This document shows, piece after piece, positions 9,694 to 18,602 of a DNA stretch of 38,034 nucleotides. The notes beneath the pieces were generated by a model. It searched no databases. It was not told the origin of the DNA and saw only the letters and a list, made by a program, of their open reading frames with translations. How positions within the stretch are numbered: the stretch's first letter is position 1; each line of letters opens with the position of its first letter. Origin of the DNA: Chloroflexota bacterium (GTDB lineage: Bacteria; Chloroflexota; Dehalococcoidia; Lucifugimonadales; UBA3495). Position numbers and translations under genes: made by a program. The stretch lies in NCBI GenBank assembly GCA_027623675.1, contig JAQBVF010000032.1, positions 1-38,034 on the forward strand, written 5' to 3'.

Positions 9694-12381
9694 ATGACTT
9701 CAGCCCAGATGCCCAGCGCTTACAACGCCGCCGACGTCGAACAGCGCATCTACCAGGACTGGCAGTCCAAGGGCTATTTCAACGCCGCCATCGAGAAGGG
9801 CAAAGAGCCCTACGTCATCATCATGCCGCCGCCCAACGTCACCGGCGAACTGCACCTGGGCCATGCCCTGGAAAAGGCCATCGAGGACGCACTGGTGCGC
9901 TGGCGCAGGATGACTGGCGTTCCCACACTCTGGCTGCCCGGCACCGACCACGCCGGCATCGCCACCCAATGGGCGGTGGAGCGGCAACTAGCAGCCGAGG
10001 GGACCAGTCGCCACGACCTGGGCCGTGAGCGCTTCGTTGAGCGGGTCTGGGACCACGTGGGCAAGACCGGCGGCATCATCCACGAGCAGTCCAGGCGTCT
10101 GGGAATCTCCGCCGACTGGGACCGGCTCCGGTTCACCCTAGACCCAGGCCCCTCCAAAGCCGTCCGAACAACCTTCGTCAACCTATATAAGAAGGGCCGG
10201 ATCTACCGCCACGAGCGAATCATCAACTGGTGCACCCGCTGCGCCACCGCCCTCAGTGACCTTGAGGTCGATTACCAGGATGTGGACGGCAAGCTCTACC
10301 ACATCCGCTATCCACTGGAAGACGACCCCAGCACTTTCATCACCGTGGCCACCACCCGGCCCGAAACCATGCTGGGCGACACCGGCGTGGCCGTGCATCC
10401 CGAGGACGAAAGGTACAGCGGCATCGTCGGGAAGAACGCGGTCCTGCCGATCATGGACCGGCCCATCCCGGTGGTCGGCGACGAAGCCATCGACCGGGAG
10501 TTCGGGACCGGCGCGCTCAAGGTCACCCCGGCCCACGATCCGGTGGACTTTGAGATCGGCCAACGCCATGGTCTGGAGGTCTTCAATGTCATCGGACTGG
10601 ATGGCAACTTGACATCCGCCGCCGGCAAGTACGAGGGCGTTGAGCGCATGGACGCCCGGCAGAAAGTTGTTGCAGAGCTGGACCAACTTGGCCTATTGGA
10701 AAAGGTGGAAGACCATCGCCACTCGGTGGGACACTGCCAGCGTTGCAGCTCCGTCGTGGAGCCTCTGGTCAGCCTCCAATGGTTCGTGGACCTGGGCAGC
10801 CATGAGGATTCGGACAGCATCGCCGGCAAGGCGCACGCGGCGGTGGCCAACGGCGACATCAAGGTGGTCCCCGAACGTTTTACCAGGGTCTACCTCAACT
10901 GGCTGGAGAACATCCGCGACTGGTGCATCAGCCGCCAACTCTGGTGGGGACACCGCATCCCGGTCTGGTACTGCGCTTCCTGCCGGCACATGACCGTGTC
11001 GCTGGAAGACCCGAGCGCCTGCGAAAGCTGCGGCGGCACGGAGATCGAGCAGGATGCCGACGTGCTGGACACCTGGTTCAGTTCTGGACTCTGGCCCCAC
11101 TCGACCCTGGGCTGGCCGGACCAGACCGAGGACCTGGACTATTTCTACCCCACCGCCGTGCTGGAAACGGGCTACGACATCCTATTCTTTTGGGTGGCCC
11201 GCATGATCATGATGGGGATCGAGAACACGGGCCAGGTCCCCTTCCGCACGGTGTTCCTCCATGGTCTCATCCGCGACGCCACCGGCGCCAAGATGAGCAA
11301 GACCCGGGGCAACACCTTGGACCCACTGGAGCTGATCGATAAGTACGGCACCGACGCCCTCCGTTTCGCCCTAACCACGGGCACCGCGCCGGGCAACGAC
11401 CTGCGCTTCGGCGAGAACCGCTTGGAAGCCGCCCGCAACTTCGCCAACAAGGTCTGGAACGCCTCCCGCTTCGTGATCACCGGGCTGGAAGGAAAATCGG
11501 GCTTGGAAGGCTGGCACGACCTGCCGGATATCGAACATCGGGAAGACCGCTGGATCGTCAGCCGTCTGGACCGCGTGACGGCCGAGGTCAACGATTCGCT
11601 TCGTAACTTCGAGCTTGGTGACGCCCAACAGAAACTGTACGACTTCTTCTGGAACGACTACTGCGACTGGTACATCGAGATGGCCAAGCTCCGCCTGCGC
11701 TCCGGGGAGGGCCCGTCGCCGCTGCCCACGCTGGCGCACGTTTTGGAGCGCACCCAGCGCCTCCTCCACCCGTTCATGCCTTTCATCACCGAAGAGATCT
11801 GGCAGAACCTGCGCTCCAAGCTACCGCGGGAGGGCGGCCAAGCCCCATCCATCATGGTGGCCGACTACCCCACCGCCGACAGCCCCCGGGCCGACGCCCA
11901 GGCCGAGGAAGAGATCGGACTGGTCATGCAGGCGATCCGCGCCGTGCGCAACACCCGCGCCCAACTCCGCATCCCGGCCGGCCAGCGTCTGGAAGCCCAC
12001 GTGGAGTCCAACGGCATGCAGGGCCTGATGGAGGAAGAAGCCGAGGTCGTGCGCGCCCTCTCCCGGGTGGAGCCGCTGCACATCGGAGCCGGCGCACCCA
12101 ACGGGAACGACAACGCCAAGGGAGTTACGCTGGTCGTGAATCCGCTCATCGTCCACCTGCTCCTCGAAGGTGTGGTCGACCTCAGCGCCGAGCAAGAACG
12201 CCTGCGCTCCGAGCTTGCTGAATGCGTGAAAAACATGGACCGGGTCGAGAAGCTGGTGTCCAACCCCAACTTCCGCGAGAAGGCCAAACCGGAAGTCGTC
12301 GAGACCGAGCAGGCCCGCCTCCAGGACCTGAAAGAACGCCAGCAGCACCTGAACGAGATTCTGGAGCAGTTGGCCGGCTAG
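9694..12381 (+). CDS. valS: Valine--tRNA ligase
   Basis: PPPNVTGELHLGH, DHAGIATQ, TTRPET, DWCISRQLWWGH, DVLDTWFSS, KMSKT motifs and C-terminal coiled coil. Confidence 0.97.
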   Translation: MTSAQMPSAYNAADVEQRIYQDWQSKGYFNAAIEKGKEPYVIIMPPPNVTGELHLGHALEKAIEDALVRWRRMTGVPTLWLPGTDHAGIATQWAVERQLAAEGTSRHDLGRERFVERVWDHVGKTGGIIHEQSRRLGISADWDRLRFTLDPGPSKAVRTTFVNLYKKGRIYRHERIINWCTRCATALSDLEVDYQDVDGKLYHIRYPLEDDPSTFITVATTRPETMLGDTGVAVHPEDERYSGIVGKNAVLPIMDRPIPVVGDEAIDREFGTGALKVTPAHDPVDFEIGQRHGLEVFNVIGLDGNLTSAAGKYEGVERMDARQKVVAELDQLGLLEKVEDHRHSVGHCQRCSSVVEPLVSLQWFVDLGSHEDSDSIAGKAHAAVANGDIKVVPERFTRVYLNWLENIRDWCISRQLWWGHRIPVWYCASCRHMTVSLEDPSACESCGGTEIEQDADVLDTWFSSGLWPHSTLGWPDQTEDLDYFYPTAVLETGYDILFFWVARMIMMGIENTGQVPFRTVFLHGLIRDATGAKMSKTRGNTLDPLELIDKYGTDALRFALTTGTAPGNDLRFGENRLEAARNFANKVWNASRFVITGLEGKSGLEGWHDLPDIEHREDRWIVSRLDRVTAEVNDSLRNFELGDAQQKLYDFFWNDYCDWYIEMAKLRLRSGEGPSPLPTLAHVLERTQRLLHPFMPFITEEIWQNLRSKLPREGGQAPSIMVADYPTADSPRADAQAEEEIGLVMQAIRAVRNTRAQLRIPAGQRLEAHVESNGMQGLMEEEAEVVRALSRVEPLHIGAGAPNGNDNAKGVTLVVNPLIVHLLLEGVVDLSAEQERLRSELAECVKNMDRVEKLVSNPNFREKAKPEVVETEQARLQDLKERQQHLNEILEQLAG

Positions 12382-12398
12382 GTGGCTGCCACCATCTG

Positions 12399-13256
12399 AT
12401 GACACAACGCTTGGGCATCATCGGCTATCCCATCGGCCACTCCATCTCGCCCGTTTTTCAGCAGGCGGCCCTGGACCACCTGGGCATCGACGCCACCTAC
12501 GAGAAATGGGAAGTGACGCCCGAGGGTGTCGGCGAATTCGTCGCTGGTTTACGGGCGCCCGATTCCCTGGGGATCAACATCACCGTGCCCCACAAGCAGG
12601 CAGTGATCCCCTTTCTCGACGAAGTGGACGAATGGGCCACGGCCGCCGGAGCCGTCAATACCATCGTCAACCGTGAAGGCCATCTTTCGGGGCACAACAC
12701 CGATGGACCGGGGTTCCTCCGGGCCCTGTTGGTTGAAACCGGCTACGACCCCACCGGCACGCGTGCGCTGATACTGGGCGCGGGCGGCGCCGCTCGAGGC
12801 ATCCTGCTGGCCCTAGTCCGGGGCGGGGTGGGCTCTCTGGTTATCGCCAACCGCACCCTGGAAAGGGCGCAAACCCTGGCCCAACTATCTGAAGACAACG
12901 GCGTGACCGCAGAGGCGGTATCGCTATCGGGAGACGACCTGACCCAAGCCGCCGCGTCGGCCGACCTCATAGTGAACTGCACCACCGTAGGCATGTCCCA
13001 CGGCCCCGACGAGCACGGCTCGCCCCTGGCCGCAGCCCAGATTCCAGCCTCGGCCATCGTCAATGACGTGGTGTATAATCCGATGCAAACTCCCCTCATC
13101 CGGGAGGCTGCGGCCGCCGGCGCAACCGCTCTGGGCGGGCTCCACATGCTGGTGTACCAGGGTGTCCTTTCTTTCCAGATGTGGACCGGCCAGGACGCCC
13201 CGGTTGACGTGATGCTGGCAGCCGCCATGAAAGAGATGGCTTCACGAGGCGCATAG
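12399..13256 (+). CDS. aroE: Shikimate dehydrogenase
   Basis: GYPIGHSISP, NITVPHK, GAVNT, NTDG, GAGGAARG and ANRT motifs. Confidence 0.95.
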   Translation: MTQRLGIIGYPIGHSISPVFQQAALDHLGIDATYEKWEVTPEGVGEFVAGLRAPDSLGINITVPHKQAVIPFLDEVDEWATAAGAVNTIVNREGHLSGHNTDGPGFLRALLVETGYDPTGTRALILGAGGAARGILLALVRGGVGSLVIANRTLERAQTLAQLSEDNGVTAEAVSLSGDDLTQAAASADLIVNCTTVGMSHGPDEHGSPLAAAQIPASAIVNDVVYNPMQTPLIREAAAAGATALGGLHMLVYQGVLSFQMWTGQDAPVDVMLAAAMKEMASRGA

Positions 13257-13350
13257 ATGAGACGGGTTTCTAGCGGGGCCTAAACGCGTCCGTTACCGTC
13301 CGGTGTGCTTCACCCGGAATCTTCACGCACAACTCTCACGCAGGACTTCT

Positions 13351-14532
13351 ATGGTTAAATTTTCCACGGCAGGCGAGTCCCACGGACAGGGATTGGTGAT
13401 AATAGTGGAGGGCGTCCCCGCCGGACTGCCCATCAGCGAAGACTACATCGGCATCCATCTGGGCCGCCGTCAGAAGGGTTATGGCCGGGGTGGGCGCATG
13501 CTCATCGAGCAGGACCGGGCCAAGATCATCTCCGGTGTGCGCCACGGCCACACACTGGGCAGCCCCATCGGCATGACCGTTGAGAACAAGGACTGGGCCA
13601 ACTGGAAAGAAGCCATGTCCGTGGACCCGCTGGAAGGCCCGCCCCAAAGCCCGCGCACCCAGCGCATCACCCGCCTCCGCCCTGGCCACGCCGACCTGCC
13701 TGGCGCCATGAAATACGGCTTTGAAGACGTGCGAAACGTCCTGGAACGGGCCAGCGCCCGGGAGACAGCCGCGCGCGTGGCCGCCGGGTCCATCGCCATC
13801 AAGCTCTTGGAAGAGTTCGGCGTCTGCATACACAGCCACGTCATCTCGATCGGGTCGGTGCACGCCCAGGTCCCCGATACCGTCGACTGGGCAGCGGTGG
13901 AGGAATCGCCGGTGCGTTGCGCCGACCCGGACGCAGCGCTGAAGATGGCCGCCGAGATCGACGCCACCAAAGCGGCCGGCGACACGGTGGGCGGTGTCTG
14001 TGAGATCATCGCGGAGAACCTGCCCATCGGTCTGGGCTCCCACGTGAGTTGGGACAAGAAGATCGACGCCCTGGTCTGCCAGGCGCTCATGTCCATCAAC
14101 GCCGTCAAAGCCGTGTCCATCGGCCCCGGTTGGGAGATTGCCGAACAGCGAGGCTCCCAGGTGCATGACGTGATTCTGCCGGTGACCGACCCGGACCATC
14201 CGTGGCGGCGCAACACCAATCGGCTGGGCGGCACCGAAGGCGGCATGACCAACGGCATGCCCCTGGTCGCCCGTTTCGCCATCAAGCCGATCCCCACCAT
14301 GGTCACGCCTCTGCCGTCCGTCGACCTGGACACCGGGGAAGAGGTTCTCTCCCATTTCGAGCGCTCCGACGTCTGTCAGGCGCCGCCTGCCTGCGTGGTC
14401 GGCGAGGCCATGCTGGCCCTGGTTTTGGCCGACGCCTTCATGGAGAAGTTTGGCGGGGATTCCATCCCCGAGACCAAGCGCAATTTCCAAGGCTACATGG
14501 CCACCGTGGGCCCCCGCAAGATATACCGTTAA
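13351..14532 (+). CDS. aroC: Chorismate synthase
   Basis: TAGESHG, RPGHAD, ERASARETAARVAAG, GGTEGGMTNG, KPIPT and RSDVC motifs. Confidence 0.96.
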   Translation: MVKFSTAGESHGQGLVIIVEGVPAGLPISEDYIGIHLGRRQKGYGRGGRMLIEQDRAKIISGVRHGHTLGSPIGMTVENKDWANWKEAMSVDPLEGPPQSPRTQRITRLRPGHADLPGAMKYGFEDVRNVLERASARETAARVAAGSIAIKLLEEFGVCIHSHVISIGSVHAQVPDTVDWAAVEESPVRCADPDAALKMAAEIDATKAAGDTVGGVCEIIAENLPIGLGSHVSWDKKIDALVCQALMSINAVKAVSIGPGWEIAEQRGSQVHDVILPVTDPDHPWRRNTNRLGGTEGGMTNGMPLVARFAIKPIPTMVTPLPSVDLDTGEEVLSHFERSDVCQAPPACVVGEAMLALVLADAFMEKFGGDSIPETKRNFQGYMATVGPRKIYR

Positions 14533-14551
14533 CCCTGCCGGCCGGCTAACC

Positions 14552-15640
14552 ATGCCCGTACACCGCTTCGAGCACCCGGCGCCGTCGATATTTAGCGCGT
14601 CTGCCCTGTGGACCGTCATCGGCCTGTTCGGGCTGCTCTTTGGGTTGGTGTTGCTGGTCTTCGGCGGAGCCGTGTTCTCGGCCGTGGAAGGGCTGGCCGG
14701 CGCATCCATCTCCGGCCCCAACCCGCTCTCCCAAGAGACTGCCGGCCAGATTAGGGATGGGATCCGATCCTGGGGCTGGGCTGGCATTGTTGCGTCCGTT
14801 GTCACCTTGCCTCTGGGCGTGACGGCATTTCGCACCAGATTGGTCCGGGCGATCGGGCCAACCGCCTTGAGAAGTAGGGACGACCTACTGCCCCCCGACG
14901 GTCACGGACTCAGGTTCTTTCTGACTTTGGGCGGGGTCCTGGTTTTTGCCGTGGTGGCCCATTGGTCGCTGCGCACCTACACCGAGGTTGGCTGGCTCGA
15001 GAGCGAAGACGGCCTCAGCGAGTGGTGGTCGGTGGCGACCTCGCTGGCCGGAGCGGCAGCCATCGGAGCGGCGGCCTGGACGCTGCGGTCCACCAGATTA
15101 TCCCCCCTGAGGTACTTCTACCTGGCTCTGGCCTCCGGCTTGTTCCTGGGCGCCATGGAAGAGATCAGTTGGGGCCAGCGGTTGACCGGATGGGGCACCC
15201 CGGCGGTGCTGCAAGAGGTCAACGTTCAGAACGAGACCAACCTTCATAACGTAAACTTCATCGACAGCGTCGTGTTTGAGGGATTGTTCTGGGGAAGCCT
15301 GCTGGGCCTGATCGGCGGGTTCTGGCGTTTTACGGCCAACCGGCGGGGACTGAGCGACCTGATGCGATTGGTCCTCCCGTCCATCACCTTGGCCCCGGCG
15401 CTGCTCTTAATCATGGTTTGGCGCACCGGCGATATTTGGCGCACCGCCAATATCCCCAGGCTCGTCATGGACCATTTCGATTCGGGACCGCGAGGCTCCG
15501 AGGTGCCGGAAGCGTTGTTGGGTCTCTGCATCGTTCTCTATACTTTCAACAACCTCCGGCAGGCTCGGGAAGTGCGGCGCTGGAGCAAGTTCATGGCGTC
15601 ACTTCCCGCAGACCAGAATTTACCCAAGGAGACCCCATGA
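14552..15640 (+). CDS. Multi-pass membrane protein of unknown function
   Basis: Several TM helices and the motif EEISWGQR...NVQNETNLHN. Confidence 0.7.
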   Translation: MPVHRFEHPAPSIFSASALWTVIGLFGLLFGLVLLVFGGAVFSAVEGLAGASISGPNPLSQETAGQIRDGIRSWGWAGIVASVVTLPLGVTAFRTRLVRAIGPTALRSRDDLLPPDGHGLRFFLTLGGVLVFAVVAHWSLRTYTEVGWLESEDGLSEWWSVATSLAGAAAIGAAAWTLRSTRLSPLRYFYLALASGLFLGAMEEISWGQRLTGWGTPAVLQEVNVQNETNLHNVNFIDSVVFEGLFWGSLLGLIGGFWRFTANRRGLSDLMRLVLPSITLAPALLLIMVWRTGDIWRTANIPRLVMDHFDSGPRGSEVPEALLGLCIVLYTFNNLRQAREVRRWSKFMASLPADQNLPKETP

Positions 15641-16638
15641 AATTTGGAGTCGGCATAGTTCCCCACGACCTTAAAGAAACCGCCGTCAGCGCCAGACTGG
15701 CCGAGGACCTGGGTTTCGACTACATCGGCATCCCCGACTCCCAGTCCCTTTGGCGGGAGCTATATCTGAGCCTGAGCGTGGTCGCCAACAACACCAGCAA
15801 AGCGCATATCGGCCCAACCGTGACCAACGCCCTCACCCGCCACCCGGCGGTTACCGCGTCGGCCGTTGCCACCCTGAACGAGATATCCGGAGGGCGGGCG
15901 TTCGTGGGCATCGGCAGCGGCGACAGCGCCATCCTCAACCTGGGCTTGCGCCCGGCCAGGCTCAAGGAGCTGGAGGAGTACATCCACGCCCTGCGCGCCA
16001 TGCTAGCCGGGCAACCTTTCAACTACAAAGGCAGGTCCATCCATGTCCAATGGTCGGACCAGCCAGTGCCCATCGTCATGTCGGCCGAGGGGCCCAAGAC
16101 CCTGGCCCTGGCCGGCGCCGTTGCGGACGCGGTGATCGTCCATTCGGGCCTGACCAAAGACGTGCTGGCCGACACCATCGCCCGGATCAGAGAGGGGGAG
16201 CGTGCCGCTGGCCGGCCTGAAGGGTCCGCAGAGGTGTGGGCCTTCGCCAAGTGCAACATCGCCGACCGCCGCGAAGACGCCGTCAACGAGATCAAGATGG
16301 CCCTCGTTGCGTCGGGACACCACGCCTTCCGGTTCACCCTGGAGGGCAAGAACGTGCCAGAGGACCTGCAAGAGTCGGTGATGGCCCTTCAAGGCGAGTA
16401 TGTTGCCTCGGAGCATGAGCAATTGGGGGATACCCGGAACGCGGCGCTCAGCGACGAACTGGGCCTGACCGACTTCCTGGCCGACCGGTTCGCCGTGGTG
16501 GGTACGCCTGAGGATTGCCTGGCCAAGGTCCGTACCATTAGGGACGCTGGCGTGGACAATCTTCTGATATTGGCAACCAGTTCCGATTCGGACAACATAA
16601 TCCGGCGCTTCGGGCAGGAGGTGATTGCCCGCCTGTGA
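15637..16638 (+). CDS. LLM-class (luciferase-like, Mer-like) flavin/F420-dependent oxidoreductase
   Basis: AEDLGFDYIGIPDSQ, VTNALTRHPAVTA, SGGRAFVGIGSGDS, GPKTL and VGTPEDC motifs. ATGA overlap with the upstream gene. Confidence 0.9.
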   Translation: MKFGVGIVPHDLKETAVSARLAEDLGFDYIGIPDSQSLWRELYLSLSVVANNTSKAHIGPTVTNALTRHPAVTASAVATLNEISGGRAFVGIGSGDSAILNLGLRPARLKELEEYIHALRAMLAGQPFNYKGRSIHVQWSDQPVPIVMSAEGPKTLALAGAVADAVIVHSGLTKDVLADTIARIREGERAAGRPEGSAEVWAFAKCNIADRREDAVNEIKMALVASGHHAFRFTLEGKNVPEDLQESVMALQGEYVASEHEQLGDTRNAALSDELGLTDFLADRFAVVGTPEDCLAKVRTIRDAGVDNLLILATSSDSDNIIRRFGQEVIARL

Positions 16639-16716
16639 GCGAAAGATTGATTAAATAAGATCGAAATCGGCATGATCTGACATAGGGCTGGTCTGCCGAT
16701 CTCGTCTGGTTGATGC

Positions 16717-16742
16717 CGGTATTGGGTAGTGGGTCAATTTGA
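16717..16742 (+). repeat. Left target-site duplication plus left terminal inverted repeat
   Basis: cggtattg + ggtagtgggtcaatttga. Confidence 0.92.
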
Positions 16743-16787
16743 ACCGGCGGCGTATAATAAGGAAACACACGACTAGGTGAGGTTGGG

Positions 16788-17003
16788 ATGCCGTACATAA
16801 ACATTGTCCTGAAAAATGGCACGTTGATTCCAGTTGACGATGCCGATGATGTCGCATGGGTGAATGAGTGGTCATACGATGGAGCTACAGGAACACATCG
16901 CATCATTCGGGTCGTCTGCAAACGTGGTGAAGATGTGCGAGCCAAGTTCAATGCTGATGATGTATCTGGGTACACCTGGCATAACGGCAACCGGCTTAGG
17001 TAA
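16788..17003 (+). CDS. 71-aa hypothetical passenger protein
   Basis: GAGG RBS upstream and TATAAT at 16753-16758. Beta-strand-rich sequence, convergent with and slightly overlapping the transposase end. Confidence 0.6.
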   Translation: MPYINIVLKNGTLIPVDDADDVAWVNEWSYDGATGTHRIIRVVCKRGEDVRAKFNADDVSGYTWHNGNRLR

Positions 17004-17823
17004 CTAAGCTAACGATTTCCTCTGCACTCCAAACATGGTCTGCAACGCCAGCGGCCATCGCGGGAGTGGTCAAGGAACCCAGGCTACTGTGAGGGCGTGC
17101 GAAGTTGTACCACATGAAATGCAAGGCTACGGCATGTTCTAGGTTCTCGATCTTCTTGGAGAATCCATTGGTCAATCGGGTGAAACGCCGCATGCTCATT
17201 CTCATGGTCAAGTTTTGGCGTTCGATGAAACTGGTAGATACATGCGCCGGGTCCGGACTGCCCTGGATAACATTGGGCTTGGTTCCTATGCAATCGGCAG
17301 GGCTGTACCGGCGTTGGGTCTCTGTAGGGTCGGCACCATATAACTTGATTAACTGCGCATAGTCAATGTCAGAGCCGAAAGCATCATCAACTGCCGAGAG
17401 ATAGGATTTCAGTCCATCGGTTGTTAGCTGAACATGATGCGACAATCTTCCGGCCAGGTCTGTCATAAGTTCATGGGCGTATCCAGCGTCCCGTAATCCT
17501 ACAAGCCACGACGCAACCAGCTTCGTATCAGCATCCATAGCAACCCACGTCCAAGCGTCTCCGGCGAAGTCTCTCTTATCCTGTGGCACGTTCTTCTGCT
17601 TGGCGTATACAAAGCTCCAAATCTCATCACACTGGATTCGGCGGCAAGTGAGATCGCGTAGGTGTTCATCTTGGTATCGGGAGCAGGCAGTACCCACATC
17701 AACAAGAAGCCGCGTGACCGTACCCTTGGCGGTATCAGTCATGCGGCATGTTGCGCGAATACTATTGCCCTCAACGAGGGTTTTGATGATTTGGGAACGG
17801 CGTTGGATGCTTAGCTTGTTCAT
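16996..17823 (-). CDS. IS1-family DDE transposase (single ORF, N-terminal HTH, no zinc ribbon; ISMhu11-like)
   Basis: HTH LVEGNSIRATCRMT. Catalytic motifs QCDEIWSFV, LTTDG and IERQNLTMRMSMRRFTR. C-terminal YNFARPH...TPAMAAG. Confidence 0.9.
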   Translation of the reverse strand: MNKLSIQRRSQIIKTLVEGNSIRATCRMTDTAKGTVTRLLVDVGTACSRYQDEHLRDLTCRRIQCDEIWSFVYAKQKNVPQDKRDFAGDAWTWVAMDADTKLVASWLVGLRDAGYAHELMTDLAGRLSHHVQLTTDGLKSYLSAVDDAFGSDIDYAQLIKLYGADPTETQRRYSPADCIGTKPNVIQGSPDPAHVSTSFIERQNLTMRMSMRRFTRLTNGFSKKIENLEHAVALHFMWYNFARPHSSLGSLTTPAMAAGVADHVWSAEEIVSLVT

Positions 17824-17826
17824 GCC

Positions 17827-18342
17827 TTAATTATAGGCATTAGCTTTCGCATTGTCAAGCTCTAAAGGGTCATATTCATAGTCCTGGGATACGCCGATTG
17901 GTTCATGTGACAGCCGAGAATCGCCTATGAACTTAAAACGGCCCTGGCCCTGTTTCCCTGGTTCCCAATCTTCGCTATTAGACATTAGGTGGTAGAGATT
18001 GGAATACAAACTTCTACGTTTCGCTTTGGAGCGGCCAGAAGCTTTAATCAGATCAGCCGCGTCAGCGGTCTTAACCCATCCGTCGCCGTGACGGGCCATA
18101 ATTACCAAAGCCTCGTTGTGTGAGGAAGCTTCGGCAATCTTAGATAGCGGAATATCAGGCGCATCAGGGTGTACCAAAGATCGGCCGTATTCGATTGCCT
18201 TCTGGATAGCGTCTAGATTGGCTTTTGCTGTCTCGAAAGCTCTCTGAGCATCTTCCAGGTCCACGGCTGCATCTTCCATCTGTTTTAGAGCGTTCTCTGC
18301 CCATTCTAGGAGTTTGGCCTCGGCTAGGTTATTTGTAGTCAT
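17827..18342 (-). CDS. 171-aa hypothetical passenger protein (N-terminal coiled coil, possible winged-helix C-domain)
   Basis: AAAGGTG RBS-like site, heptad-like N-terminus, and helix/wing pattern in KTADAADLIKASG...LYSNLYHLM...GQGRFKF. Confidence 0.65.
   Translation of the reverse strand: MTTNNLAEAKLLEWAENALKQMEDAAVDLEDAQRAFETAKANLDAIQKAIEYGRSLVHPDAPDIPLSKIAEASSHNEALVIMARHGDGWVKTADAADLIKASGRSKAKRRSLYSNLYHLMSNSEDWEPGKQGQGRFKFIGDSRLSHEPIGVSQDYEYDPLELDNAKANAYN
17830..17858 (-). promoter_or_regulatory. Consensus sigma70-type promoter for the transposase (probably leaderless mRNA)
   Basis: Minus strand reads TTGACA-17 nt-TATAAT-taaggc-ATG. Confidence 0.8.
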
Positions 18343-18431
18343 GTTGTTACACCTTTACCAATCGTACGTACACATCATCAATGATGCGTTGACACCACCA
18401 ACACCTACCTCTGTACAGTGAATGAATCGAG

Positions 18432-18516
18432 CGGAGAGTAGCGGAGTCGGACCGCAACGCTGTGCACGCTCATCGGTTTTTAAGACCGAGTCCCCATCCG
18501 AGGGGCAATACTCTCC
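18432..18516 (-). tRNA. Non-canonical 8/4 tRNA (allo-tRNA-like), anticodon UAA, serine-type body
   Basis: Minus strand: GGAGAGTA-TTG-CCCC(TCGGAT)GGGG-AC-TCGGT(CTTAAAA)ACCGA-17 nt variable arm-GCGG(TCCGACT)CCGC-TACTCTCC-G. This gives an 8-bp acceptor stem, 4-bp T-stem and G discriminator. CCA is not encoded. Confidence 0.8.
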
Positions 18517-18602
18517 ACAAAAGGCCACCGCTGGGGTTATAACCCTAGAAGTCGATTGAACGCCTGCAAGCGTTCGTCAGCAACACGGGGGCCGCACAGA
18601 TA

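Noticed and set aside
18432..18516. Calling the odd tRNA selC (tRNA-Sec) because a selenoprotein gene is nearby
   Set aside because: The anticodon is UAA, not UCA. The acceptor/T branch is 8/4 (12 bp), not the bacterial 8/5. It also lies within the IS cargo.
18555..18585. Hammerhead ribozyme (CTGACGA plus a stem on the minus strand)
   Set aside because: The required GAAA after stem II is missing (TCAA instead).
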